Origin: Eledone cirrhosa
Taxonomy: Eukaryota
Direction of reading: 5' to 3'
Assembly: GCA_964016885.1 (NCBI GenBank)
Contig: OZ024741.1
Coordinates: 269,700,001-269,764,000 of the forward strand
DNA length: 64,000 bases
Shown: one piece after another, positions 1 through 13,327 of the stretch
How the letters are laid out: every line of letters starts with the position of its first letter
Numbering within the stretch: the first letter of the stretch is position 1
Position numbers and translations under genes: made by a program
The notes under the pieces: model-generated
Seen by the model: only the letters and a program-made list of their open reading frames with translations
Told to the model about the DNA's origin: nothing
Database searches by the model: none

Positions 1-20
1 CTCAGTCGTACTCCAACCCC

Positions 21-500
<480 letters not shown>

Positions 501-566
501 GTGTGTGTAGGTGTGTGAGGGTGTGCGAGGGTGTGTGTGTGGTGTGTGTGTGTATATATTTACCCT

Positions 567-601
567 TTACTGATGATTTCTCCCGAATGAAACTCCTCTA
601 G
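567..601 (+). ncRNA. Minimal hammerhead-like motif (family of 46741 and 48607 elements)
   Basis: tta-CTGATGA-t-ttc[tccc]gaa-t-GAAA-ctcc-TC-tag. Confidence 0.5.
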
Positions 602-646
602 TCCCGTAGAAGCCATTTCTATATTAAATATTTATACTCTGCTATG

Positions 647-718
<72 letters not shown>

Positions 719-821
719 CATATATATATATATGCATATACATATATATACAGATATATATATACACATATATATGTATATACATATATATAGATACATA
801 TATATACATATACATACATAT

Positions 822-899
<78 letters not shown>

Positions 900-1059
900 C
901 AGAAAAGCTGTAAACCTTAACACTATTACTAAGAACCCATGCGTCACTTTGTTTCCGCAAGTCAGCTTTTGAGAAGCTGAATAAAAAGGCATTACTCTTA
1001 AATTACAGCAGCAACAGCAACAACAACAACAACAACAACAAAATAATTATAATACAAAG

Positions 1060-1230
1060 GTTGAACTATTAAATGTCTCCGATACACTTAACTATTGAAA
1101 GGAAAATTGATTTAGTATGTACACAGATATACCAGGAACAGAGCAAAGTCTCACATTTATGGGAAAAAATGTTATCGATGTATCAATCACCCAGGTAAAT
1201 GAATCCTTCTGCAGTAAAGGAAACTTACAT
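1060..1230 (+). mobile_element. Highly decayed R4/Dong-like REL endonuclease remnant
   Basis: Fragmentary ..IDVSIT....AVKET translation resembling the 37.4-kb remnant; follows a (CAA)n tract. Confidence 0.3.
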
Positions 1231-1813
1231 CAAAAAATGTTATTCCGTAGTAGAGTTATATAAACATAGAGAAACAGAGAGCAGCATTTGAAAGGACTAT
1301 AAATGCCATAAGTGAGAGGAAAGGGAGAGGAAGAGCAATGAGTACTAGACAAAGGAAGAAAGAAAGGAAGAAGGTAGAGGGTGATACACTCTACACATAG
1401 GTCTGAGTGGTATTTCGGCTGTTCCCCGTGTAGAAAATGGTAAAGGAATATCTGCGGACAATGGCCAATGAGACGCGCTACAGACACCACCCCACCTCAC
1501 GTGGTTCTTTCCTCAGTCGGACTGCTGAAGTAAAGGAATATACTGACAACAGTTTAAAACCTCACACTTTTGGGGGAAAAAAACAATCCTGTTATTCACA
1601 TGAATCATTCATAAAGATAAATAAATCTTTCTGCGAAAACGAATAATCTGTCCCCAAAGGCTTCAGAATTATAAAACTACATGTCATAAAATAAAATACA
1701 ATGTGAGAGAACCTAGTTCAAATGTATTTTGGAAGATAAATGTCCAAGATTTTATAGCTGTAGTTGAAAATGGCAATTTTATCGGGGTTCCTGCTACCAT
1801 GTGCCCTCGTTAT

Positions 1814-2930
1814 AATAATTGTGTCTACTTTTGGCACAAGGCCAGCAATTATCCCAGTACATTACTGGTACTTTATTTTATCGACCCCGTAAGGATGAAA
1901 GGCAAAGGTAACCTCGGCGGGATTTGAACTCATATCATAAAGGGCCGTATCTCTATGTTGCAAAGGATGGCGTCTGACCCTCTAACGATACTGCCAACCC
2001 ACCGCCTTTATTTAATAATTGTTTCTACTTTTGGCACAAGGCCAGCAATTATCCCAGTACATTACTGGTACTTTATTTTATCGACCCCGTTAGGATGAAA
2101 GGCAAAGTTAACCTCGGCAGGATTTGAACTCAGAATGGCAAGGGCCGTAACTTTTTGCTGCAAAGCATGGCGTCCGACCCTCTACCGATACTGCCAATCC
2201 ACCGACTTTATTTAATAATGGTGTCTGATTTAGACACAAGGACAACAATTGGTCGATTAAATCGATCCCAGTTCGTTACTGGTACTTTATTTTATCAACA
2301 CCGTAAGGATGAAAGCTAACCTCGGCGGGATTTTGAACTCAGAACACAAAGGGCCGTAACTCTTTGCTGCGAAGTAGGGTGTTCGACGCTCTACCGATAC
2401 TGCCAATCCATCGCCCTATAATATAAAGTAGTTTTATCGAGGTTCCTGTTACCATGTGCCTCGTTATAATAATTGTTTCTACGTTTGGCACAAGGCCAAC
2501 AATTACCCAGTACATTACTGGTACTTTATTTTATCGACCCCGTAAGGATGAAGGGCAAAGTTAATCTCGGCGGGATTTGAACTCAGATCATAAAGGGACG
2601 TAAATACTTCCTGATTTAGGCAATTTAGGTGCAAAGTCAAGACATTTTGGGGGGAGGGAGAAATCAATTGATTCAGTACCAGGAGGTTACTAGTACTTTA
2701 TTTTATTTGAACTCAGAAAGTAAAGGGCTGTAATTCTATGCCGCATAGCATGTTGTCCGATGCTCCACTGACAATGCCAATCCACCGGCTCGTTGTAATA
2801 ATAATAATTGTTTCTACTTTAGGCTCAAGGCTAGAAATTATGCGAGAAGGGAAAGTCGATTAAATTGACCCCAGTGAGCCACTGGTGCTTATTTTATCGA
2901 CTCAGTAAAGATGAAAGACAAAGCTAACCT
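1814..2930 (-). mobile_element. Tandem cluster of about 6 tRNA-derived SINE copies (Nin/Deu-domain-like)
   Basis: Repeated ~195-bp unit: A box TGGCAGTATCGG, B box GAGTTCAAATCC, core GCCTTTCATCCTTACGGGGTCGATAAAATAAAGTACCAG, tail AGAAACAATTATT. Confidence 0.9.
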
Positions 2931-2932
2931 TA

Positions 2933-3580
2933 TTGCTCATGACGGCAGAGTCCTCAAACACTCCCTCCAGTGGGTCCTGTCAGAAGCAAACATCTCCAAC
3001 TGATCCGGCTGAATCCCCAAGCGTGACCAGCCAAATGTTATTTAACCATTTTGTTCGGGGTCTACCCCATGGTCGTCTGCCGGTTGATTTTGCCCGTAAA
3101 ATCTATCCAGCGAATCTTTCCTGAGACATTCTAACAACATGCCCATAATATCGGAGCTGTAATCTCTCTATTCGGAGAAGTAGCGACTCTACTTGGAGTG
3201 ACTCTCTGACCTCTGAGCCACGCATTCTATCGAGTAACATTACTTCAAAGACCCTTAGGAGGAACCCTATTTTGGGCGCTTGTATTCGCGACGGTATTCT
3301 TTCGGCCATTACCTAAGATTCCTGACGATACGTAATGGTTGGCACAAATACCGAATTGAAGATAGCACTACTACACCAGCTCCTGCAATTCTTGCACTTA
3401 ATTCATAATCCTGCCTTCCGTCTCTCATGAACATGGCCCCGAGATACTTGAACTTCTCTACCTGCTTCAGTTGAACTCCATTCAAATGTAGGGTGCACTG
3501 CGCAGGTCTCCTTGAGAGGATCAGTGTCTCAGTTTTCACAGCACTGATTTCCATTCCAGCTATGCAGCAACTCGGTATCA
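2933..3580 (-). mobile_element. RTE-clade LINE 3' fragment (RT C-terminal part)
   Basis: LKQVEKFKYLG, QLRYYGHVVRM, GRRPWGRPRTKW. Confidence 0.85.
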
Positions 3581-3953
3581 AACCTATCGTGAGGTCTGTA
3601 AAAATTGTTAAAGCATTGTAACACAACTCCTGTTAACCTTTTATGAATGTTTTAAGACTGTTTTCCAAGATGTACCTAAATCCTTTTATTGTAAGAAAGG
3701 AAATACTTGGTGTGTCTCTGAAATCACAAACAATAAAGATAATGATAATAATAATTGAGATTAAAAATATTTTCTGTTGATCTTTTTACTGCATAGAGTT
3801 ACATGAAATACACATATTTCCTTCTACATCGAATGAAAATGAAAGTGGTCATGCACCATTCTTTTGTGCGGTTTTACAAAATAAAATTGTTAGATGCTGC
3901 TTTCTTTTTGTGCGACAGTACAAACAAAATCATTGCTTGATTTAATAAACAAA

Positions 3954-4004
<51 letters not shown>

Positions 4005-4450
4005 ATGGTCGTGTCAGTATTTTTTCCTTGTTTTGTGTTTCATTAAATACAAAACAACTTTGTTACACTGTAAGAAGAAAACAAAATTGAGATATTTGTA
4101 TGTGGCGTCTTGCGAAAGATTCTTATTACGTCGAAATAAATTTTTTTTAAAAGTGGGTATGTATGTATCACCGTAATCTTTTCATAGATATTGCCTTTTA
4201 TTTTTGGTATCTGTGAATAGGAACTCTGCTGGAGACTGTATTTCCTCTGGCCTTTCTACATTCCAATGAAGGAGTGAACAATGCTTACCACAGGCAAGAA
4301 ATAGTCAGTGATACATGTATATATAACACAAGTTCAGTTTAGATTGGAATTAAAGCCTGAAAATTGGAGATAACTGCATTTTGCTTCAGCCATTTATGTT
4401 TATCTCGTTTGTCTGCTGTTTTATCTCTTATTTATTTTATTTTTTGTTCT

Positions 4451-6661
4451 CTATCCAGCTGTTGTTGTTCTCACAACAGAACATTCCCGCCGAGACTTAC
4501 CATAACAAAGACCGATGGTCAAATTCCAAAACGCAGTTCGGAATGTTGTGTTATACATGGCGTATATGAGTGGGTTTAAAGTTGAATTAAAATAACCCAG
4601 CCATGTAATAATAGAAAATAATGTTGGAGTGATGTAACAAGACGTGCAAAATACATCAATAACATATACTAAGAAAAATGGCAGCCAACAAATAATGAAA
4701 CAACCAACAACAATGGCTAGTGTTTTTGCCGTTTTTCTTTCTTTCATGTAAAAACTACGCTCAACTTTCTGGTGGCGCAAATTACTCGTATCGTGGTTTA
4801 ATGTTCGGTTGAACCGATGAATATGGCCACTTTTGTATCTTGTAGAGGTTCTTGTGTTCTTTGATAACTGGTTGTTAGATGCAGACATAGAAGACTGAAA
4901 TCCAGTGGAATATTTGCTAGTGATTGTATGGGGTCGATAAAACCTTGTATAACCGAGTTCCTTCTCTGAGAGACGAATTTCATCGCTGCTTGAATTAGCA
5001 TTTTCTTCGTTGTTAATTTTATTATTACCAGCGGTTCTTTCTCTTTTGCTCTTATAAGATGGAGAGTGATTTAACCCTGATGTGTATAAAGTATTAGGTT
5101 TTGTAAAACCAATGGATTTACATTTCTGTTCAGATCTGTTTGCTTTTTGATAAGTGGTTGCATCATCGGCTGTTTTTCTAGAATTATGTTTTGCCGAAAA
5201 ATATGTGTCTCCTCGATAAGAAACTTCGACATTTATATCAGAATCTTTATTGCTTTTACAATGCGTCGTTTCTTCCGAGTTATCTCCAATGAAATTTAAC
5301 AGTGGTGTGACTGAAGATGGGTTGCTAACTTGCTCGTTATATAATTCGATTTGAAAATTGCGTTTTTCATAATCTTCCGAGCAGTTTGATGGTTCTGTTT
5401 TATCGTTTTGACATGTCATATTTAATGTTATATCTTCAGTGACAACTTTTCTGTCGACAGGCCTCCGTATGGGCTTTGTTTCTCGAGTTGTTTTGACCGT
5501 TGTAAAATGATTATTTACTGATAAACTGCTTCGTTCGTTATAGCCGACGGAAAACGTTTCATTGCTGCTATTTCTTTTAGAGGGGGACGTTTCGTTTTTA
5601 TGTTCCACATTGAGTGAAGAATTTGGTCTCACATGTTTAGTTGTTGCTGTTTCAGCTGTAGGAGATATATTTTCAGAATTGTCACTATCGCAACGTTTCT
5701 GTCGACTGCTGAAAAAACTACGCCAATATGGACGCAGGCGTTTTTCTCTCTTACGAGCAACATGATAAATTCGTGCATATACAAATAACATTACAAAAAG
5801 GGGAATAAAGAACGATCCCGATGCGGAATATATTATATATCCTGGGTCACGGGTCAGTGCACATCCATTAGCTAAATCCCGGCCTTCTTCTTTCCAACCA
5901 AATATGGGAGGACATGTAATAATAGCTGCCAATCCCCATGCCACTCCAACCATGAAAATAGCCAATCTTTTGCTTCGTCGAGTTGAGTAAAGAAGAGGCT
6001 TGGTGATAGCAAAATAACGATCCAGGCTGATGCAACACAAATTGAGTATTGAAGCTGTGCATAAAAGAACGTCACAGGAAACCCACAAATCGCAAAGTAA
6101 CCCACTAAATAACCACTGACCAGTTACTTCAACAGTAATATTTAGTGGAAGTACTAATATTGAAACCAGAAGATCGGCTGATGCCAAAGAGACTACGAAA
6201 CAATTAGTGACGGTTCGGAGTCTCCGATATCGCCAGACTGCTAGAATTATTAGTACATTGCCTATAACAGCACTAAGAGCAATAGTACCTAAAACGAAAG
6301 ATACCAAACACTGTTCCCAGAACTGCCGATGTATTTCTAGGGGAATATCTGGCATTCCTGAGGAACTAGTAATAAATTCAGAAAATCCATCACAATCAGA
6401 TGAAGAGAAGTACAGCTCTTCAGAAAGAGTCTGGTTCAAGGAAAAGTTGCAAAGAAAGCTTTCATAGTTTGTATTTGTCAAGTGAAGTTGATCAGCTTCG
6501 TGGCTAAGTGGTGTACTATTTTCCCGATTGTTGTATTCAGAAACGCTTGTGTTTAGAATGTTGTTTTGTTCGACTTGTTTGCTTATTTGGTAGTATTCGC
6601 CGTGCTGTACCACACTTGCTTTTGATAGTGTAGAATTTTCTGTCTTCACATTTTCCACCAT
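4451..6661 (-). CDS. Intronless class A biogenic-amine GPCR, most like alpha-adrenergic-type octopamine receptors (736 aa)
   Basis: Uninterrupted ORF with GN (TM1), LASAD (TM2), TM3 Asp in CDVLLCTASILNLCCISLDRY, GYIIYSASGSFFIP (TM5), ERKTAKTLAIVVGCFIICWLPFF (TM6) and NPLIY (TM7); very long ICL3. The subtype is inferred from motif similarity. Confidence 0.95.
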   Translation of the reverse strand: MVENVKTENSTLSKASVVQHGEYYQISKQVEQNNILNTSVSEYNNRENSTPLSHEADQLHLTNTNYESFLCNFSLNQTLSEELYFSSSDCDGFSEFITSSSGMPDIPLEIHRQFWEQCLVSFVLGTIALSAVIGNVLIILAVWRYRRLRTVTNCFVVSLASADLLVSILVLPLNITVEVTGQWLFSGLLCDLWVSCDVLLCTASILNLCCISLDRYFAITKPLLYSTRRSKRLAIFMVGVAWGLAAIITCPPIFGWKEEGRDLANGCALTRDPGYIIYSASGSFFIPLFVMLFVYARIYHVARKREKRLRPYWRSFFSSRQKRCDSDNSENISPTAETATTKHVRPNSSLNVEHKNETSPSKRNSSNETFSVGYNERSSLSVNNHFTTVKTTRETKPIRRPVDRKVVTEDITLNMTCQNDKTEPSNCSEDYEKRNFQIELYNEQVSNPSSVTPLLNFIGDNSEETTHCKSNKDSDINVEVSYRGDTYFSAKHNSRKTADDATTYQKANRSEQKCKSIGFTKPNTLYTSGLNHSPSYKSKRERTAGNNKINNEENANSSSDEIRLSEKELGYTRFYRPHTITSKYSTGFQSSMSASNNQLSKNTRTSTRYKSGHIHRFNRTLNHDTSNLRHQKVERSFYMKERKTAKTLAIVVGCFIICWLPFFLVYVIDVFCTSCYITPTLFSIITWLGYFNSTLNPLIYAMYNTTFRTAFWNLTIGLCYGKSRRECSVVRTTTAG

Positions 6662-7689
6662 ATTGCTTTAAAACATCTGCCATTCAAAGTGCAATATTGT
6701 TGAAACCTATCAATTCAATATGGAGGAAAAATCTAGCATTATCTGAACAGGACTAACATACAAAACCTATAAATCTAGAAATGTTTATTGAATCGCATTT
6801 TCTTGTCGTCTGCTTCTATTGGCTAATACATCATTACTTGGTAATAATCGTTTAAAATGGAATATTAGATTTCCTTGTCATCTGTTTCTCTTGGCTATTA
6901 TATTACTTCACAGTAATAATTGTTAAAATAATGGTTCAGGAATATTTAAATTATATTTCCTTGTCATCTATTTCTATTGGTGAATATGTTATTTCTCAGT
7001 AATAATACAGGAATTGTTCAGAAATATTTAAATTATATTTTGACGTTTTAGTAATAATATGAATAGTTAGTACAACTGTATTAACAATGCTATTACTAAT
7101 ACTAAACGGGTAATGATAGATCGATGTCATTTGTAGCACTAAACTTTTATTGTTAATCAGTAATTACTAGTAGCGATATTAATACTAATGGGACCTAGAA
7201 TAAAGAGAGAAATCCCTAACTATAATAAATTAATGTATATACGTAATATTGAAACTTTTGGAAACTGAGAGAATTGGTCAGCTACATAGCTGTTAATATA
7301 AATAAACTTCAGCTTCAAATCATTAAGTTTCCCCCAGCTTTAGATGTATTAGTGATCATATTCCATGAAAGATTAACTTAACTGACTGATGTTCGTCTCA
7401 ACTGAATTCCAATTCGGCACTCATGTTCTGTAGTTTACATGGCGATGTCTAGTTACAGTGTTTTTCAATAATTTCGTTTTAAATACATTAATCTGTGACG
7501 ACAAAATCACTGGTAAAATACTTTCCTTTGGAGAGAAATACTAGAAGAACTATAACAAGAATGTCTGTAGCATCATTTCGTTATGATAAAATCTACACGA
7601 CTCTGAATTGGTTTAACCATTAACAGTTGCGGTTTCTAATCCCAACGTGCTTTCGTACAGCCCTGGCAACTCTTGGACGAATACAATTC

Positions 7690-7715
7690 CTGAAAGAAAA
7701 CGAAAGAAAATATAT
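7690..7715 (-). promoter_or_regulatory. Probable splice acceptor of the GPCR coding exon (about 1 kb of 5'UTR in the same exon)
   Basis: Minus strand reads atattttctttcgttttctttcag|gaattg at the edge of the repeat-free block. Confidence 0.55.
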
Positions 7716-7913
7716 GAGACGAATATCTTTTTAAGAAAATATATTTAATGCAATAAATATATTAATAGGTATCCAGGGTATAAAGGTATTTATGCATGTA
7801 TTTGTAATAGAAATCAAATTTAGATTGACTGCAGGTTGGGATTTCAATTTAACTATGGAGCAATGAGTTACATTTAAAATATTTGCATATTTAAAAGACA
7901 TGAATGTTTATAT

Positions 7914-7985
7914 GCAGGGTGACCCAAAAAGGTATCAACAGCATTCTAATAAGTATGTGTATACAATTTTTGGGGACACCCTGTA
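7914..7985. mobile_element. Tiny Tc1/mariner-like MITE
   Basis: TIRs cagggtgacccaaaaa / tttttggggacaccctg in a TA context. Confidence 0.6.
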
Positions 7986-8060
7986 TATGTTTGTATTTTT
8001 AGATACATAGATAAGAGTACACCAGTACTCCAGTAAACAATATATTATTTACTTCTCTAT

Positions 8061-8248
8061 GGTGGATTGGCAGTATCGGTAGAGGGTCGGACGCCATGCT
8101 TTGCAGCAAAGAGTTACGGTCCTTTATGGTCTGAGTTCAAATCCCACCGAGATTAACTTTGCCTTTCATCCTTACGGGGTCGATAAAGTAAAGTACCAGT
8201 AATACACTGCGATAATGCTGGCCTTGTGCCAAAAGTAGAAACAATTAC
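8061..8248 (+). mobile_element. tRNA-derived SINE (main family)
   Basis: Full head-core-tail match to the 1814-2930 unit. Confidence 0.9.
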
Positions 8249-8278
8249 TTACTTCTCTACACAAATATATATATATGT

Positions 8279-8372
8279 ATGGATCCGTAACGTGTTGTAT
8301 GGGCACCATATTGACATATGGCGTTTGTTGGGCATGTTAAAACCTGGCGGAGCCCATCTCCCATCCATCCCT
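8279..8372 (-). mobile_element. Solo 3' tail module of the long SINE subfamily
   Basis: Similar to 12306-12397 (+) and to the tails at 44417-44500 and 45195-45280. Confidence 0.6.
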
Positions 8373-8614
8373 ACACACATATTTATATACAAAAGTGTGC
8401 ACCCATATTTCCAAATGTTTACTACTTACATATATGTATATACATGTATGGATTAAGAAAACATGCAATGAAAGACAAGTCGAAGTATGTATTGACATGC
8501 GCCTTGACTCCTGATTGAATCGTAAGACAGCTGATTTCTTCCACAGATATAGAGAGGGGGTAGAGAGGAAAGAGAGAGAGAGCGGAGAGAGACAGAAAGA
8601 GAATAATTGAGCAA

Positions 8615-8760
8615 ATTAGTGGATTGATACTATATTTATCGACTTTGAAATGATGAAAGGCTAAGTTGACCGCGTTGGGATTTGAGCTCAGTAGGTAGCT
8701 GGAACGAATGCCGCAAAGAATTCTATACGACGCTCTAACAACTCTCCCAATTCGCCACAT
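8615..8760 (-). mobile_element. Diverged tRNA-derived SINE
   Basis: Degenerate GCCTTTCATC core and B box. Confidence 0.7.
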
Positions 8761-8964
8761 TAGAAGTAGGCATTAGGTTACACCAACTGGTCAATGATCG
8801 TAATATTTAAAGAAGAAGCCGCCTCCCGTGGGTACATAAAGAAATAAACTCTAAAAGCTTGCTTAAAATACGAAATATGTAGCTTTTCCGTTGCGCATAT
8901 GTTGGAACAAAAACTTGATTGTATACAATATATATATATATCGAAGCATCTTAGCTCCCATCAA

Positions 8965-9061
<97 letters not shown>

Positions 9062-9314
9062 CATATACATATGTATATACACACACGCACACAAACACAT
9101 ATATATATATATATATATGTATGTGTGCGTGTGTGTATACATATACATATGTATATATATATATATACATATATATATGCGTATATTTATAGAGGGATAG
9201 AAAGGGAATAAAAAAACCAAGGTTATAGGTAGAACATACATATGTGTTTGTGTGTGTGTGTGTATATATTGGCAACATGACCCTCCCAAAGTATAACAAT
9301 ATATATATATATAT

Positions 9315-9364
<50 letters not shown>

Positions 9365-9404
9365 CGCGATGTAACAACATATTGTATATTTTGATCCTTC
9401 AAAG

Positions 9405-9835
9405 ACCATGCAGCTAATCTAATATCTTGTATCTATACTCCATTGAACGTTTGAACTTTCCAGAAAGGTTTTAAATATATTGGCAGTCATTCCTGCATTG
9501 CTATATATTCGATTCCGTTGTGGATTCTATGTTAACGGAGCAACGTATATTATTGTATTATTGATCCTTCTAAATAGACATACAGTTGGGGAATTACTGT
9601 TGCATTTTATTGGAATTATTTTTATTGTGATTATTGGTATTATTCATGATTATTCATGGACGTTTACAGAAGTTCTAAATCTTAGCATTTGTAGAATAGT
9701 TTAATTTGAATGAATAAATTGATAAATATTTTTTGTTTATGATTGAATGAAAAATACTTCTTTACTATTTGGATGAAGGTTGAAGGTATCTTGCCTGTTG
9801 TATTCAATTGGCTTATTGGCATAATGCTTTTAGTA
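9405..9835 (-). mobile_element. Decayed Penelope-like linker/GIY-YIG remnant
   Basis: Broken translation IKLNYST..IIYVA..GMTANIFK resembling the 21.5 kb and 30 kb copies. Confidence 0.4.
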
Positions 9836-9856
9836 TATTGTTATATATATTTTGTG

Positions 9857-10161
9857 AGAGCGCATGGCTTTGTGGCTAAGGTATTCAGCTCAACCGTAAG
9901 GTCGTGAGTTCGATCCCAGGTGGCGCGTTTTGTCTTTCAGCAAGAGACTTTATTTCACGGTGCTCCAGTTCACTCAACTGACAAAACTGAGTACTACCTG
10001 TAATTCACAGGGCCAGCCTTGTCACGTTCGGTGCCATGCCGAATCTCCCTGAGAACTACGTTACGGTTACAAGTGTCTGTGGAATGCTCAGCCACTTGCA
10101 CTTAATTTTATGAGCAGGCTGTTCAATTGGAACACTCATCGTCGTAACCGACGGAGTGCCA
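9857..10161 (+). mobile_element. Second tRNA-derived SINE family (CORE/Meta-like centre)
   Basis: TGGCTTTGTGG A box, GAGTTCGATCCC B box, agcaagagactttatttcac centre; diverged copy at 49220-49520. Confidence 0.75.
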
Positions 10162-10648
10162 TCAATATATGTTATTATCGTCTGGTTGTAATACGTCACG
10201 TGCCAAGAAATTGGTGAAATCCTCATGGATTGCTGAGAAGATTCTTAAGAATATTTGGTTAATGATTGATGTATTGTTTATATACAGCATGATGTCGTTA
10301 GATGCCAGGCACAGGTGATATGGATATTTACCTACTTGAAAAGACACATCAAGAAAATTAACAATTTTTATATATCATAATTTTAAAGTTCAGAGGTGAA
10401 TAATTTCATTAACCCTTTCCTGTATATGTCATCATTCTGAATATTTTCCTCACAGATACAGTTGAAGTAGATATTTATCTAGGGTTGAAAAGATACGAGA
10501 TAATTAAAAATGTTGTGCATTTGTGAGTTTTATATCGAATAAGCATAATATTCGATTCGTTTGCAAGCAATCAGCCTCACTACGCTATGTGTTTTAGACG
10601 ACCAGCGTCATCGTTTTCTTCTAGCTTGCTAGCGAATCGAATATTATA

Positions 10649-10785
10649 TCAAATCCCGCTGAGGTTAGCTTTTCCTTTCATCCTTACGGGGTCGATATAT
10701 AAAACACTACCAATGCACTGGGGTCGATTTAAACGATTTTCCCTTCCCCCAAAATTAATGGGCTTGTGCTTAAAGTAGGAACGAT
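10649..10785 (+). mobile_element. 5'-truncated SINE (main family)
   Basis: Core and tail match. Confidence 0.8.
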
Positions 10786-10961
10786 TATTATGCGATATAA
10801 AATACACGAATGCATTTAAGTATCCATTAATGCTAGAGCGAAATTTTTTATATATCGTAATTTTAAACTTATCATAATTTTGAAGTTCGGAGGTCTTTGA
10901 ATAATTTCGTAAATCCTTTCCTGTATCTGTCCGACTTTTGAACATTTTTCTCTTACATACA

Positions 10962-11178
10962 GGTTTCTGACTTAGGCACAAGGCCAGCAATTTTAGGGGA
11001 GGAGAAAGTCGATTAAATCGACTCCAGTGCATTACTACTAAGTTATTTTATCGACCCCATAAGGATGAAAGGCAAAACTAAACTCGAGAGGATTTGAACT
11101 CAGAACGTAAAGTGACGTAACTCTATGCCATTAAAGCATGTTGTCCGATGCTTTACCGGTACTGCAAATCCACCACCG
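10962..11178 (-). mobile_element. SINE (main family)
   Basis: Head-core-tail match. Confidence 0.85.
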
Positions 11179-11224
11179 TCTGTATTCTTAAATATTGAAA
11201 GTACGCCGTGCTATAAATGTCTCT

Positions 11225-11622
11225 GTAGATTTACTTTGAGTAATGACCGAAAGAATACGACCCCAAATACAAGCAGCCGAAATGGGGTCCCTCCGAAGGG
11301 TCTTTGGAGTAAGGTTACTCGATAGAGGACGTAGCTCGGAAATCAGGAGCCTCTACTTCTCCGAATTGAGAGATCCCAGCTCCGATACAACGAACATGTG
11401 TTTAGAATATCTCAGAAAAGAATCGCTGGACAGATTTTACGGACAAAACCAACCGACAGGAGACCCAGGGGCCGACCCCGAGCAAGATGGTTGGATAACA
11501 TCCATGAGCTTGGCTGGTCTTGCTTAGGGATCCAACCGGATCAGTTGGAGACGGTTGCTTCTGGCAGGACCTGCTGGAAGGAGTGTTTGAGGACTCTGCT
11601 CTCACGATCCTCTCAGGAATAA
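11225..11622 (+). mobile_element. RTE-clade LINE 3' fragment, same family as 2933-3580
   Basis: IQAAEMGSLRRVFGV, RRPRGRPRARWLDNI. Confidence 0.85.
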
Positions 11623-12394
11623 GTGGGCGAAGAAGAAGAGAACAAGAGAATAAGATTGACTTCGTAGATTGTCTCTTACAACAAGTTTGAAATAAAGATA
11701 CTAATAAGATTGAATCCCATGCAGAATCTCTGTCACTCACGTTGTTGCCCTTTTCGCTGCGTTGTCTTTTTATTCTTCATCTATATACTAGCATTAAAGA
11801 AAAACATAGATTCCCTACCATTCATAATAATTTATATATCTTCATCCGTATTGGTTATATGAAGTTTTGCGAAATCGAATATTTTCAGTAAAATAAAAAT
11901 AAAAAGATATTTACTATTGACAGATGATAATTCACTATGACAAATTCTTTGGAACAATATTATCCTTTATCTTTGACAGATGAAAAGAAACTAATTACAG
12001 ATTCACTAATTTTACACTGATTCAATCTGAGGCTTTTATCTATATCGTTATTAATTCTATCTAATATACTTTTGCTAATACTGCCAAGTTCTAATTTCGT
12101 AGGATTAATAAGTCGAGTGTTGGGATTACTCATAAATTAAGTTTGTGCGCTTTGATTGTGACATATTGATTTCTAATTTAGACACAAGGCTAGCGTTTGA
12201 TAATAACATATTGTCTTTTTATATATCAAGGATCTCTACTTTTATCATCTATTTAAAAAATGGCGTCTATAAGCATGGCCTATTTATTCATATATATATG
12301 TATGCAGAGGGATGGGCTCCGCCAGACTTAAAATCCCTAAGAAACGCCACATGACAATATGGCGCCCTTACGGCTCTATCAAGAGTTACGGAAC

Positions 12395-12475
<81 letters not shown>

Positions 12476-12490
12476 ACACTCACACACACA

Positions 12491-12536
<46 letters not shown>

Positions 12537-12560
12537 TATATATATATATATATATATATG

Positions 12561-12815
12561 TAGGAGGTGAGTTTTATTGTAGTACAATAAAGCAATGCAG
12601 ATATCGGATAAGAAGCACTCTACAGTTTGTGGGACTGGAGTATGCATAATATAAGATCAAAAGATGGTTAAAGGAGTTCCATATATTTTATTATGCGCAT
12701 TTCAAAAACAAACATCATCAAACAATAATATTTGTGTTTTCATCAGATAAAACAGGAGAACATGATATGAAGGCTAAAAAACACTTGTTGATAGTGCAGT
12801 TTTAAATCAACATAT
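12561..12815 (-). mobile_element. Penelope pLTR-like short element in (AT)n
   Basis: Contains a hammerhead; its 3' part recurs inverted at 48216-48330, also between (AT)n tracts. Confidence 0.75.
12684..12754 (-). ncRNA. Type I hammerhead ribozyme
   Basis: tgttttat-CTGATGA-long stem II-GAAA-tgcgca-TA-ataaaata; all three helices pair and helix III is palindromic. Confidence 0.85.
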
Positions 12816-12839
12816 ATATAAATCAATATATATATAAAT

Positions 12840-12889
<50 letters not shown>

Positions 12890-12943
12890 AAAAAAGATGA
12901 AGTCGAAAATGCAACTGGAATCTTTTTAAGAATATTTATTTGG

Positions 12944-12987
12944 TTCCTTTACCGGTTTCGCAGTTCTTGTGCTTTTCAAAAGTAGAA
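12944..12987 (-). ncRNA. Hammerhead variant with U3-A8 core
   Basis: ctt-TTGAAAA-gca[caagaac]tgc-GAAA-ccgg-TA-aag. Confidence 0.7.
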
Positions 12988-13327
12988 TTGAGATGGAGGG
13001 TTTGTGGTTTTTCTCGCATCTCGTTGGTGTTCGGATGTTACTTCTGTTTTATATGGAAAAAAGTGGCTCGAAATGCTAGGTTTTTAGAAAAGTGATTTGG
13101 TTGGTTGAAGACTATCACGTGAATAAGTATAATAAATTTCGCACCAGTTCGCGTTACAAAGTTCTTATTATATTTGCCTTTTTAAAAACAAGGGTGGGGA
13201 GGGGCTCAGATTGTTTTTTCATATATGAGTAAAATTTGGTTGGTTGATGCAGTCACGTGAATAAGCACATCAACTTTCGCGCCAGTTTGTGTTTGAGTTT
13301 CTTTTTACTTAAAAAAGTGAGTCTTCT

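Noticed and set aside
5562-6467. Short ORFs antisense to or overlapping the GPCR
   Set aside because: Shadow frames of the real CDS with no independent support.
8061-8150. tRNA-like A and B boxes
   Set aside because: These are SINE heads followed by core and tail; no complete cloverleaf.
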